Below, piece after piece: positions 24,380 through 38,336 of a stretch of 60,701 nucleotides of DNA (position 1 is its first letter; every line of letters starts with the position of its first letter). Below the pieces are notes generated by a model, which was not told the origin of the DNA, did not search any database, and was given only the letters and a program-made list of their open reading frames with translations. Source of the stretch: Octopus bimaculoides. Taxonomy: Eukaryota. A program made the translations under genes and the position numbers. The stretch covers positions 19,262,364-19,323,064 of the forward strand of contig NC_068990.1 of assembly GCF_001194135.2 (NCBI RefSeq). The letters are read 5' to 3'.

Positions 24380-24543
24380 CACGCGCATACGTATATACAA
24401 AGAAACGCAGACATATGCACATGCGCACACACGTATGCATATATGCATATATNNNNNNNNNNNNNNNNNNNNNNNNNNNNNNNNNNNNNNNNNNNNNNNN
24501 NNNNNNNNNNNNNNNNNNNNNNNNNNNNNNNNNNNNNNNNNNN

Positions 24544-24602
<59 letters not shown>

Positions 24603-24955
24603 ATGTGTGTGCATGTATGTGTGTATGTATGTGCATACATGTGTGTAGGTATATATCTGCGTGTGTAAACAGAGATGCGTAAACAAATATTTAAATAATT
24701 ATAATAGTTATAATAGATTTAGATACAAACTGATGTAAGCGTGTACGTATATCCGTCTGTGATCTTCTATATACTGTTATTACATGCTCACTAACACGTG
24801 TTTCTGTGTGTGTGTACGTGTGTATGTGTGCATGTGTGTGTGTGTGCCTCTGTATTCGTGTTCATTTGTTTGTGCATGTACGAATAATAATCTCAACGGT
24901 AGACCATGTGTATTCATGTGTTTATGTGTGTGTGTGTGTGTCTGTGTGTGTGTGT

Positions 24956-24995
<40 letters not shown>
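24380..24995. repeat. (CA)/(TA)/(TG) microsatellite cluster with gap 24453-24543
   Basis: directly visible. Confidence 0.9.
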
Positions 24996-24996
<1 letters not shown>

Positions 24997-26679
24997 CTGA
25001 GAAGCAAGTAAACTGTAAACTGCTGAACACATGATCAGAATAATATACATAATCCTGGATGCCTCTCGTATGTTTTTAAAATGCCATTGTCGACACGACA
25101 TTAGCTAAATATATCATGCATATTTGCAAAGAATATCTAATTTTATATTTGTGCATATTCGATAGGGTGAGTTGTGTATACAACAGATACAAAAGTCTAC
25201 ATAAACTACAGTGTATCTCATACTTTGAGATGGTGTCATAGCAATACTTCTCGTCACGCCATACGAACGTCTGCTAAGTTTATGGCAAGTTCACTGGATT
25301 AAATCTTGTTGACGCTTAGTAACCGTTACTGATCACATGATATTCAATGGTGGCAGTGTTATTATAAGTAGTGTCTCGTTTCTGTTGACTTGTGCAACGC
25401 TCATTGTAAATTAAGAGGCTATGTTCAGCATCGAAATGTAATTAAGAAATGGCAAACATACGTGGCTTGCTGAGTCCGGAATGTATCACGTCGTGAAATA
25501 ATCGTTTTGATGTTCGAAACCTGGGAGAACTTTTTGATTAAGTTTATCATTAATATAGCTTGTTCTCAACGTAGAATTTTTGGTAAATATAAAGCAACCC
25601 AATATATTATATACACACATACATAAATGTACACATACATAAATGTACACATACATACATGTACACATGCGTTGGTACATGAATCGCACATACATACAAA
25701 GACGAATACATACATAGATACATAGATAAGAGCATACTTAAGTCAATACATATATGGCTCAAGTCATCCTGTGTGACTCGCCGTCACATCTGAGACACGA
25801 ATAAGACTTGTTAAAGAGCTGCAGCAAGGGGAAGCAGTCGTGAATAGCAGGAACATTACTGCCCAAATTTCCAATAGCATGTGCCCACACAAGGAAAGAA
25901 ACTCCAGATGTAACGATTCTTCATCTTTTAAGACACTTGTGGTAACACAGTTATACCAAAACTACAATAAACGCGATTGTGATGTTTATTATCAGTTTGT
26001 GCTGTGAGGAATTTTCGGTCCATGACATTGACTATAAATGCTTCAGGTGGGAAGGGTGTTGCCTTCATTTTTCAGAGAGAGCAGCATGTCTCATGGAATA
26101 CTGCACTGGTATGATGACATAAACCTTTTCGGTTCCCAGGTTTTACATCCGATTAATGCTCTGACAAGTATTAGGTATCCCACGTTGCAAAAAATCTGGT
26201 TTTGCAGCAAATTCTTACATCATCCAGAATAGTCCTGTATCCCCTCGCATTATTGCTATATTATCGTTGATCATATAATTATGCTTATAATTATAAAATT
26301 ATGATTATAAAATGCTCAGATATTATTTTGATCGCTCTAAATGCTGAAGACCCAACCAAATTATTTTTTGCACAAGATTTACATGTTACGAGGGTCTTGA
26401 TGGAGATATATAAACACATATATAAACACTTCTATGCATGCCTACATGCCTCGATCAAGACAACCAGAACAGTTATGGAAAACTGATTGAGAGTCATTAA
26501 TGATCCTAGATTGACAGGCTTGCTTTACTAGTTTGCAATTCTTCCGAGAGTACTCTGACTCATGTATGATAACAATATCACCATGGCTCTGATAGCACGA
26601 TCAGAACACATGGTCACATGGTGACTAAGTTACCTGAGCAGATGGGTTCTTAGCTTTCCACTCAATTCGGTAAATATCA

Positions 26680-26855
26680 TACTCTTTGGAAGCAAGAACA
26701 TTGTCAATCAGTAACCAAACGATCAATTTACATGTTTACTGTCAACAACTAATAAAACTGGAGGAAGCAATCAACGTGAAACGTCCAGGACTGGCAAATC
26801 GTAAAGGAATCCTATTCCACGATAACAACGCTAGACCACACACATCTTTACTAAA
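26680..26855 (+). mobile_element. mariner (DD34D-type) transposase fragment
   Basis: NQTINLHVYCQQLIKLEEAINVKRPGLANRKGILFHDNNARPHTS matches the mariner YCQQL..KRP..NRKG..FHHDNARPH segment. Confidence 0.9.
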
Positions 26856-26864
26856 AAAAACCCG

Positions 26865-26935
26865 CACTCGCCCGAGGCTATGGAATCAGACACTTAGCCA
26901 AGATGCTATGCAGTGAGACTGAACCTGGAACATGC
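26865..26935 (-). mobile_element. SINE family 2 head fragment
   Basis: cccgaggctat..gacactt..caag.tgc.a.gcagtg.gactgaacc. Confidence 0.65.
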
Positions 26936-26936
26936 A

Positions 26937-27663
26937 CTTATATATATATNNNNNNNNNNNNNNNNNNNNNNNNNNNNNNNNNNNNNNNNNNNNNNNNNNN
27001 NNNNNNNNNNNNNNNNNNNNNNNNNNNNNNNNNNNNNNNNNNNNNNNNNNNNNNNNNNNNNNNNNNNNNNNNNNNNNNNNNNNNNNNNNNNNNNNNNNNN
27101 NNNNNNNNNNNNNNNNNNNNNNNNNNNNNNNNNNNNNNNNNNNNNNNNNNNNNNNNNNNNNNNNNNNNNNNNNNNNNNNNNNNNNNNNNNNNNNNNNNNN
27201 NNNNNNNNNNNNNNNNNNNNNNNNNNNNNNNNNNNNNNNNNNNNNNNNNNNNNNNNNNNNNNNNNNNNNNNNNNNNNNNNNNNNNNNNNNNNNNNNNNNN
27301 NNNNNNNNNNNNNNNNNNNNNNNNNNNNNNNNNNNNNNNNNNNNNNNNNNNNNNNNNNNNNNNNNNNNNNNNNNNNNNNNNNNNNNNNNNNNNNNNNNNN
27401 NNNNNNNTATATATACGATGGACTCTCCCGTCGTATATATATATATATGAATCTTACTAATATATATTTGTGTGTGCATGCATATACATACATATATACG
27501 CATACACTACAAACACATGCATATACACCCCCAATATATACATATTCAGCGAGAGAGAGAACGAGAGAGAGAAATAGGGAGAGAAAGAGATAGAGAGAAA
27601 GAGGAAAGGAGAGATAGAAAGAGAGAGATAGAAAAAGAGAGATATAAAGAGAGAGATAAAGAA

Positions 27664-27695
<32 letters not shown>

Positions 27696-27696
27696 C
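26937..27696. repeat. (TA)n flanking gap 26950-27407, then (CA) and (GA)-rich tracts
   Basis: directly visible. Confidence 0.9.
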
Positions 27697-29379
27697 CTGC
27701 ATTGTTTAGAATCATTCATTCTTTGCTTTTATAGGTCGTACTGTTGCATTAAATGAGTATATTTCGCTGAGATAACGGGAGGTCTAAACGAACATTAGAA
27801 ACAGCGGCAGATCGCATCCTATAAATCCACTTTCTTCTGTTAATATTATATAAGATACAGAGATGTATCCTGAGTAGGCGTTTACCCATACGCAAGACTT
27901 AATATTGTAAGTAGCCTTGCTATAGTAAGATTTGATGTTTTATTTTCTACCTTTGTAATGATGAATTCAATTTTCTATATGTCTCCTGGGGATCACTAAA
28001 AGATTCAATCAAAGCGATTTCATTCTTAAAAACCTACGCATACAGTAAAGCTGCATAATGCTGTGTCCGTTGTAATAGGTGAGGGATAGGTAAGATATAT
28101 TTATCCCTATATATCCTGATATTAAACCCTGCAGGATAGCAGTTTCAATGTTAATGCTTTCATAATCGATAAAAGACGTTTCTTTGCATAGAGATTCATC
28201 GATAAAAACGATTCACTTTGCTAACCAACACTTATATACAACTTCTAACACACATTTCAAATTGATTTTAAGGAAGTGCTCGGTCAGATTTATTTGCCTT
28301 CGCCGGTAGTGTTTAAATAATCCATTACCTGAGGTAGCACTTGCGGATATTCCTCTAAATACGAGACAACTTCGCATCGATGGACGTACTAATAACGTTG
28401 TTTGTGTTTGGATGAAGAAGGCGTGGTAAATGCACTTACACATGGAATATATTTGCTGAATATTAAATATCAGCAAAAGGAAAGACAAATATTTCTTTGT
28501 GGCTGATCCATTAGTATATGCGTATTTAGTTTCGTTTCTTTGTTTTGAAGCTCTTCTCTTTTGAATTTTACCTTTCGCTCGTTTTTCGTTTCTATCAAGA
28601 CAAACATACACATATTCAATCGAATCAATTATTGTTGTCCTCGCCAACAAAATGGCTGTAGGGAGCCTGAAGACAACTAGAAATAGCAAAAATATCAGCC
28701 AAATTTCTCCTCTAACCAGAATCTAATATATTTTAAAAGAGGAATGAATTTATTCCGGGGTATCAAACACCAGATTCGACATGGTGCCCTACCACCACGA
28801 CTACCATGACCACAAGCACTACGACCAGCGAAAAATTTTAACCATATCAACAAAACTGAAATTAAATTCACGAATTGTTATTGGTTAGTGATGTCTTGCA
28901 AGGTACACTTGTTTTTTTCTATGTTGCGAGTTTATCTCACAATACTGATCGTTTTCATTCTCTACTTATTCGTCAGGAAAATAAATAACAACGATTCAAT
29001 GTTTTGAACCGGGAACCGGATCCGGGATAGAAAGCAAATTGTTTTACAAATCTTGTTCAAGATACTATCATTATCGAAAAGCTTCAAAAGTTCCTCAAAA
29101 TGATTGAAAATCGTGACGAGGTAACCATTCCATTTTAAGACTTTAAGATTTCATTTTATGGTCGATCGATAAAGAAATGAATAAATTGATGCATAGAGAA
29201 ATCAAATTCATTTCTTTTGGCATTAGCAGAAATGAAAAGTGTTCGTTAATTGTACTAATCTGGTATAAAATAGACATATTTATAGAGATATATTCGCCAT
29301 GATGAGGATGGTGATGATGATGATGATGATAGTGATGATGGTCGTCATCATCACTGTCAACATCATTATCACCATAGGG

Positions 29380-29800
29380 TAAACAGTTTTGTGCTGACGG
29401 TGCTTCTCTATTCCGAATGAAGGAGTTGATGTCTCTTAAGGCGATGAAGCCCCTCTGTAGGTGTTTTGGCCCCTTCTGCCGCCTGAAGGCGCAGGGTATC
29501 GAGGCCACCCACCGATGTAGGCAACAAAACTCCCTCACAACAGCACGAGCCTTCTTGGAGCAGAAGTTGTGATTCTGGACCAGATGTTTGAAATATTTTC
29601 GATTTTCACTCATACATCGGAATTACTCATCTTTTTTGAGACAGATGTAATGGCTTGCTTTTTCAGCGGCTTCAGACAGTTTTCTGGCAACATCTTTTGT
29701 TTCCTTCGCAGCTAATGCCAGGCAACTCAGCATCGAGTGAGCTTTCTTCCAGCGCGTTTTCCTCTAAAACCTGTTTCTGCAGGAAGGCATTTGCCTCTCA
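29380..29800 (-). mobile_element. R2-Hero-like non-LTR retrotransposon 3' end plus GC-richer 3' UTR
   Basis: ETGFRG then (frameshift) AHSMLSCLALAAKETKDVARKLSEAAEKASHYICLKKDE* resembles the EVGCRGF..LSEAAERSS.WLWLKR terminus of restriction-endonuclease-type elements. Confidence 0.6.
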
Positions 29801-31574
29801 TCCATTTATTTTGCATGAAACATCTTACGCTCACGTTCATGTTATCGTGATATTTTCCTGTTCTATAATAATGTTTTAATTACAATAATGTTTATATTAT
29901 AAATGTTATTTTGGTTTTGATTTTTAATGATATATCATCATTTTATGTGTTTATCTTAATTTAGGTCATATTTATTTTCATAAATAACACCTTACTGATG
30001 GCAGTCGTGAAGTGTTTGCTGATTAGAATTACTGAAATTAATCAAAATGGTAGACATATCTGTGCGTTGTTACTCTGTTTAAAACTCTTAAAATTCGAAA
30101 GAAAATTCAGCAAACATCTATCAAAGTAAAATGGATACCAATGTCTTCTCATTGACAAGAGTCGAAGTGCTGGAGTAATATGGAACTCTTTTTTTTTTCT
30201 TTTTTTTGCTTGCCGATTTAAAATTTGGTATTTCTTTAGGTAAGATCTATGGAACAAGTGTCTACCTTCACTAATGTCGAAAGGAAAATGAGTCATGTTG
30301 GTCTTGATTAAAATTTCATGCATTTGTAAAAGAAATTCATTTCTCACTTACGACGAGTGACGTTGAAGTTAATGCGTAGTAATTTCTGTTAGAAAAACAA
30401 GGTAGGTTCAATAGTATTTACGTTTAGGTTTTACACCTCCTACCCAAAGGATTTTGCCCAGGTAACATTAGTAGAGTCGGATACTTTTTGAGTGGATCTC
30501 GTATTTAATTACTCTAAAATAAAATGTCCTATTTATGGACATAATACAGACGCAGAAAATAGATACAAGCTATCGACCTAAAAGTTTTTAGATGGTTGTC
30601 AGCTATGCCAAACCTCTAGGTCTTTTAAAGTCTGATATGTTCATGTCAGATATCAGTATATTTTGAGAAACATGTATTACCTTTTTTTTTTCTTTTTTTC
30701 TGGAGCATCAACGTCATGATTGGATGCTGGATTTTGTAGAAGGAAATTATGATGAGACTATACAGCTCTTCCATATGTATATATATATGGGCATTGATAC
30801 ACTTACACACACACATACACACACATGGTTTTCATTTCACTCAACTTTTGATTAAACCTGTGTCAGAGAAATGATTTCATGATTTTATTTTGGAAGCTAC
30901 ATCAAGAATAAGAAATAGTAATTTGTTGCTATTATGAAATATCCGTCATAAGAGTTAGGCTCATGTTATAATATTTTCGTCCAAACCTGTAACTTCATAT
31001 TTAATAATATTATTATATATTGCAAAATGTAGTGAAAAAAATGAAGCATACTGTATGTTCTATTAATGTAAATATGATAAAATAACATTGAAAGAGTGTA
31101 AACAAACATTAATATTAAACGATATACATAGATACAACATCATGTTGTAATATACACAAGACTTGCATCCAATATATTCTATTTGCATTGTAATCAACAT
31201 TCAAGTATTAGAGAGTTATTCCCTTCCCAACCTTTTCATAACTAAATATCAGTTTTGCAACCTACCTTTCCAGATTTTGTTATTATTTTTCCCGTGTTCC
31301 TATCAAATTTGATATTCGGATAATCTCAAAAGATCTGGCTTCCTTCTTGCTAACAAGAAAACGTATCGAATTTCAAGAGTAAGAACATTTTGCATGGATT
31401 TTGTAGGTTTGGGAGATTGTGTGTTGTTTCTATAGCGTTTTAAATAGATATTCATTTATGAAAGAAATTCGGGAGCCAAAGAAAACACTCATTCTCCGGT
31501 CAGTCTTTTTCTGGAAGTGCTTCAGATGCGTGGAATCTATGGAGTTAATGAATGCTTTTTTTTCAAATTTTGGT

Positions 31575-31760
31575 GTAACACCAAATACTTTAGTAGGGGA
31601 GGGTAAGTCGATAACATCGACCCTAATGATCAGCTATTTCTTATTTTATCAAGGCCGAAAGGATGAAAGATAACGTCAGACTCGGCGATATTTGAACTCA
31701 AAACGTAATGAGATGGGTGAAATGCTAAGCATTTTGTCCGACGAGATAACAATTTTGTTG
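31575..31760 (-). mobile_element. SINE family 1
   Basis: aagtcgataacatcgaccc...ttttatcaaggccgaaaggatgaaag...tttgaactca...gctaagcattttgtcc. Confidence 0.8.
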
Positions 31761-32927
31761 ACATACCTGGCTTTGAGTAAAAGAAAATACGGAAGGATCA
31801 GTTAATCATGATTTTATTCAACATATTCCCTTCTTAGATTCACAAATGTATTCCAGCGGTCCTTTAGTTTTTCTAAGTCCTGTAAAAGAACGGGGAAGGT
31901 TGGGCTTCCAACCAGGCCTTACACGACACCCTTAAAGTCAGGATGTTTTCAGCACCCACTCGTATGTATCAATGTATGCATATGTATGTATGTGTGTATG
32001 TGTATATGTGTGTATCTGAGTGTGTGTGACATATACTATTAAAGAGATTATAGAAATCGAAGTTACGCTAACTAAATTTTCAATCCGAGTCGATTACTTT
32101 CCCTATCTCAGATTTGGACTCGAGGTACTGAATATTTACATATAAATTATACGGAGAAAATCATTTAAAAAGCTTACACATTCCAAATAAGCGTACATAT
32201 CATAGCTCTGGTACGGAATACGAGTGTCTAAGTTGTTTTCGAAACGTATTAAATAGATATATTTATATGCGAACTTTTTTGGCAAGTCATATGTTATATG
32301 TCATGTTATAATTCTGATACAAATTTATTGTGGAAGTAAAATAATACTACACACTTAAAGTATAGTTACACAACGATAATTTGACTTTTGTTTTATTCTG
32401 TAATATTATTTTTATGCTATCCACATTAGGTCATTGACACACCGTAACTTGAAAAGAATAGTGCCAGGAACAAAGTTGTAAATGTACAAAATATTTTCTC
32501 ATTTTATAACATACTTCCACCACAAGATAAAAGAAAAAAAATAACGTCTGTGTTTTAAGTGATTTATTACGGCTCTTTCATGAGGCAATTGTTAAATAAA
32601 TATATTACTTTGCCAATGAGAATGGTATTTGAACGAGAAATAAACAAACTACTATCCGTTACAAATAGCTGTCATTTAAACATTCATTTTCATATATTGC
32701 ACAGATGTTTTGTCAATTACTTAACTCTTTAATATCTGAATTACACAAACATGAATTAACATTGCAGTGAATTCAACTAATCATTAGAATGGTAGAGTAG
32801 GTTCAGTAGTTTTGTGTAGTTTGCAAATAGCGTTGATTCGTCTGTAGTATGTTTAAATATTTGTGTGCTCATGCGCAAAACACACTTATCATGAAATGGT
32901 CATTCTCTTTATTTTGACGCGTACCAA

Positions 32928-33430
32928 AAGAGCTCAATTTACAACCAAGTGGTTTCAGGTTCAGAACACAATGCACGTTACTTTGGGCTGGCAAATGTCT
33001 TCTGGGTGGATTTTATCGAGGGCTGGACGGACTATAGGAGATACAAAAACGTTACAGTCTCCAACTAGAAAAGAGGTCATATGTCAATGGCCATTAGATT
33101 CCGGCGTGCCGTCTATAGGGCTAAGCACTTTATAGATGCCAAACCATCGGTCACACTAAAGCCGGCCATATAAATAAATTCCTATATATATGTGTGTGTG
33201 TGTGTGTGTTCACGTGTGTGTGTGTTTGCGTGTGCGTGTCTCTGTGTTCGCGCTTGTCCCCAACAATCGTTTGACAAACAGAATTTGTCGGATCCTTAAT
33301 TTACGTCTCCCAAATCTAGATGTCCGACAATAGAGTTCGTTAAAATCAGTACCAGTCATTAAACAAAATAAATCCTGGGGTCCATTTGTTGGTCGAAGCT
33401 GTAGAAGTGTTTACCCTAACATGGCTTCAT
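32928..33430 (+). mobile_element. degenerate SINE family 2 with ~165-bp internal insertion
   Basis: head ggtttcaggttcag, internal (TG)n, ttgtccccaacaatcgtttgacaa, aaatcctggggtccatttg. Confidence 0.6.
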
Positions 33431-34699
33431 TACAGTGAGAGAATCAACTAAGGAATAAGATTATAAAAATTAAAACCATATTTACCAATTAGTAAAACGA
33501 TATATTTACTGGAAATGTATTAACAAGTAAGAAGTGTGAAACGTATCCCAAGTGAAATACGTCATATTTTTTATTACCCACGAGGGGCTAAACATAGAAG
33601 GGGACAAACACCATCGGGGAACTAAAATTATAAAATGGTGGTATAAAGAAAGAAACAAAATAAAAGAAAAGAATGAATTATGAAAAAGATGATATAATGA
33701 GGCGAAATGCTAACTCGACCCAAAAAAGTGCAAAGATCATTTCTCGTTGTTCTTTATAATTCTTCTCGAGCGGTCTAAAAAAATACAAATTAACTTTACT
33801 TTCATTCACATGCAAACACACCCATAATTTTTGGCCTCATCCAATAGTATTTAGGAGAATGAATAGAATTTCAACTAATGATTCAAACAATCATGCATAA
33901 ACTACTACTCTGCATATTCACTTATTCCTTTTATATTATGTTATAGGCTACTGTAATGAGAAATGTTAGTTTCTGCCAATTCGTTTACTGGAACGTAAAT
34001 TTTATTTGACTGTTCTATTGTCTTGAAAACAGAATCAATGAGATAGTTTTATTTTCTCTCTCAAGCAACTTGGTTATTTTTCGACCTGGCCAATTTTTAT
34101 GCTGTGTGTGTCGTAAATCAGAAATTAGGCCTGCAAATGCTTTGACTTGCTGAGCCGTTTCACTGAAATCAAATCAATGATGATTCTTTGGATAATCTTA
34201 ATATGATATTTCTACATATCTAAACCAAAATTATGAAGTGTTTGTGTCTAGTCATGAATAAAATATTAATATACATGTTTGTGTGTATGTGTAAAAAAGA
34301 TATACTATACGTGGTATCGCTTTCAATGCGATTTGAAGTGACACAAAACGCTGAAAAGCACAAGAGGAGAGCCTGAGGATTGTTAATAACGAAAAAATAC
34401 AGCGGAAACCAGCTCAAGACCAAGAGTTGTTGACAGCACCTTGACATGCAGTCATTCACATGTATGTAACAACATCTACAATATGTTCCCTCTTCCAACC
34501 GGACAAAGTCAAGATTTCCCCACCATGTTTACATATATTTACTGAAATACAGAAAACATTGCTTTTTAAAACACGCGTTTGGGTAAAGTAACAATCAGGA
34601 TCACACAACCCATTTTTCAAACATAATAGCTGTCTCTACTATCTTCTTTCAAAACCATATGTCCGTGTGTATGTACCGAAGTAATAGATGTGTATTCGT

Positions 34700-35190
34700 A
34701 TATATATATCTATATATATATATATCTATCTATATATATATATATATATATATATNNNNNNNNNNNNNNNNNNNNNNNNNNNNNNNNNNNNNNNNNNNNN
34801 NNNNNNNNNNNNNNNNNNNNNNNNNNNNNNNNNNNNNNNNNNNNNNNNNNNNNNNNNNNNNNNNNNNNNNNNNNNNNNNNNNNNNNNNNNNNNNNNNNNN
34901 NNNNNNNNNNNNNNNNNNNNNNNNNNNNNNNNNNNNNNNNNNNNNNNNNNNNNNNNNNNNNNNNNNNNNNNNNNNNNNNNNNNNNNNNNNNNNNNNNNNN
35001 NNNNNNNNNNNNNNNNNNNNNNNNNNNNNNNNNNNNNNNNNNNNNNNNNNNNNNNNNNNNNNNNNNNNNNNNNNNNNNNNNNNNNNNNNNNNNNNNNNNN
35101 NNNNNNNNNNNNNNNNNNNNNNNNNNNNNNNNNNNNNNNNNNNNNNNNNNNNNNNNNNNNNNNNNNNNNNNNNNNNNNNNNNNATATATA
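34700..35190. repeat. (TA)n flanking gap 34756-35183
   Basis: directly visible. Confidence 0.95.
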
Positions 35191-36776
35191 TAATATAAAC
35201 AGCAGTTCGAAATGTTTTACCAAAAACTATATCATGTCATTAAATGTGACTAAGGTGTTGGGAAACACTTACATTGTATATTGCTAGAAATAAGAGCTAA
35301 AAGCTCTAATGATTTAGCTAACGCACGTTAATGAAAATATATACACTAACAGAGATCATAATCTTCCGATAAGTGCTGATGGAGAATTCTTAATAATGAC
35401 GCGTTAGTTTCAGCAATTTCCGCTGCCTTATCAATCAAGACGGGTGGACCGTTTTGGCTCTTCCCGGACTATATATATAGTATATATGCGTAAAATTCCA
35501 CATTGGTGGATAACATTTCATTATTTGTGTATTAAGGCTACTATTGGTTTCATGTTAAGAAAAAAATCTCTTAATATCTTCACAATTTTTCAAGCTGATC
35601 ATATGGAGCGGTAGTGTTCGTCTCCATATTTGATTAAAACATAAAATTTCTGGTGAAATGTGTGTGTGTATGTATGTATGTATGCTTGTAATGTGTATAA
35701 TTATGTATTATGTTAATGCACTTTTGTACATCTCGTTGTTTTTGCGCATTTATAAACATATGCATGCACATATTTTCTTCTGTGTGCATGTGTACGTTTA
35801 TAAATGTCAACATTCGCGAACAAACTGATAATTGAAAAGTAATATATAGTATCAAAAAATATGTTAATAGACCTGTACCATCCGTTTAAACCTTAAAACC
35901 AGTTTTAAAACACAATAATCTTTTTAGTCTTCCACTTCATGCATTCCATGTTCTTGTATTCTTGTAACACGCGTAATCATTGAAACACACAGCGTTAATT
36001 TAAAATATATTGAAATTGTTAATTACAGCTACGGGTTTAGACGCAAGAGAATGGCTTCTTACCTGTTTTCTAATGGTTTCTTGCTAATGTTGATGGATAC
36101 GTAACTATAAACATAATATACTTCCTATATCTAACGAGACTCAACAAAGACTTTTAAGTTGATTATAGTTTCCAGTATAGATATATTTCTCACCGTATTG
36201 ATTTAATCTCTTGTGATAACTTAAATGGATTTAGTTTCCTGAAAGGGATAATGTATCATTTTTTTTTTATTTCAAAGCACTCTCTTACTCTACACTCCTT
36301 GTACGCCCAACGAAATGTACCCACCAGCACATTTTCTTTGTTACATTATCGCCTAATCCGTATCACTCTTACACTACTGAATAAACAAAGTCGAAATATT
36401 CTTCTCCCAACTTCAGCAGTCTAGAATTCCAATTTCTACACCCGTATTTCTAACATACTTAGAAATTCAAAGTAAACTTCAATCGCACACTTTAAACAAC
36501 AACAACAACGTTAACGACGACGGCGATGGCCACAACAACTAGAAAAGTTAGAAATGAGTTAGAAATGGTATCGACACAGATTTTCCCTTTCTGAGTCATT
36601 AACAAATAAAACACTTCAAGCCACATTAACAAAATATAACGTGAGTCTACGGAACAGCTAGACGGATTGAACCGAATAAAAAGAAGTATATAACGAAAAT
36701 GCAATACCGCCCTAGCTGAGATTTTGAACTCAATGCACCTCATGCCAATACTGCTAAGATTAATGCCATGCCCCGG

Positions 36777-36985
36777 ACTGGCAGAATCATTAGCGAGTTA
36801 GGAAAAAAATATGTTTAGCAGCATTCGTTCCCGTCCTTTATGTTCTGAGTTCAAATGCCGCTGATGTCATCTTTGTTTTTCATTCTTTCATTGACGATGA
36901 AATAAACTACCAGTGAAGTACTGTAGTCTCTGTAATCGACTTGCCACCTCTGCTCAAAATGGTTGGTCGTGTAATAAAATACAAA
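36777..36985 (+). mobile_element. SINE family 1
   Basis: ctggcagaatcattagc...gttctgagttcaaatgccgc...tttcattctttc. Confidence 0.8.
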
Positions 36986-37319
36986 ATGCAAAAGTTGTAT
37001 AACGCTGGTGTGTAACTATCAATTTACTTGCTGGTTCATTTATGTACAAGGAGGAATGTATGTTGCGATGAAATCCCTAGGAGAGCGACGTTTATGCTAA
37101 GCTAAATATTACATTTCGCATGATGTCTTTGTATTGCTGATATAGACTTGTTAATGTATCGCATACTCAATGATCACATACTCAATGATCAATTGTCATG
37201 TATGACTTCTGCAGTTTCCATAAACACCTCAGTAGAGGACGTATTTATGCAAACAGCGATTGAGGAGTGTTATTTGTTTCGCGTTCCTGCTTTCCTTTTC
37301 TCTATGGAGAAATAAATCT

Positions 37320-37362
<43 letters not shown>

Positions 37363-37377
37363 GTATATATGTTAAAT

Positions 37378-38130
37378 AGAATGAGGCATCAAAGGTAGTC
37401 TTACAGCTATTTCTGGGACATTAGGGATTTCCCTTCATCAGAGACGATATGAGAGAGTTAAACAGAGGGAAATAGTAGAGTTCAGTATAAGGAGTTATTA
37501 TGGAAAAGAAGTATAAAGGGAAATAAGAGTATAAAAATAAAGATGAAATTGTAGGTAGGGCGTTACAGTTTTAGTTCCATTATCCGATGAAAGTAATGGT
37601 TAGAAACGCTTCTTATCTATGGTATGTAAGTTCTTATAGTAGTTCATATTTTATTATAACAAATGAATTGTGTTGAGACATCAATTTCATGTGTTGGTCA
37701 TTCAAAGGGTACTTGTGGTGTGAATTAGATTTCGAGAACATACTGGTAGGGGTAAGTAGATAGAGGGAAGAGAATAAATACATATGTTAGAAGGAGGAGA
37801 GTGGTATTTGTCAAAAGAAATAGGGGAGGTAAGAAGAAAGAATGAAAGACACAGAGGAGATGAAAAAAACGAGTGCTAGATGGTGGTCAAGTAATTGTGA
37901 GGGGGGTGGGAGAGAAGAGTTATCAGTAGGGGAGGGATAGAAGTAAGAGATAGGAGTGTAAGGAAGGAATATGTGTGAGAATTGGGAGCTGGGGTGATAT
38001 GTTTGAAAGGCACTAAGGTGGAAAGATATGTAAAGAAAATGGTACTGGGGTATACTAAAGTGAGTAGTAAACCTCAAGAAGGAAGGGAAGAATATAATGG
38101 TCAGGTTTCTAAAAACAGATATAGGCATTT
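37378..38130 (-). mobile_element. Penelope-like element terminal (pLTR-like) region
   Basis: long pyrimidine-rich minus strand ending in a CTGATGA...GAAAtagctGTA hammerhead-type motif; assignment rests on the known PLE-hammerhead association. Confidence 0.5.
37398..37445 (-). ncRNA. minimal type I hammerhead ribozyme motif
   Basis: gtct-CTGATGA-a-ggga(11 nt)tccc-a-GAAA-tagct-GTA-agac: 4-bp stem I, intact core boxes, near-palindromic stem III; A-A mismatch closes stem II. Confidence 0.55.
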
Positions 38131-38279
38131 ATTGTACAAGGTAAGGTGATAGTTGCGCTGATGAACCAGCGAGAGAAAGAAAAATATGTATATAGATATA
38201 CACAGGCGCGTACACATGTACATATAAATGTGTATATGGGCTATTATATAGGCCCACAAACTTATGTATCAATACACAC

Positions 38280-38305
38280 ATGCATTCATACATACATATA
38301 TATAT

Positions 38306-38336
<31 letters not shown>

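Noticed and set aside
25780-26240. GC-richer block that might be a transposase or integrase relic
   Set aside because: No recognisable motif in any frame I translated
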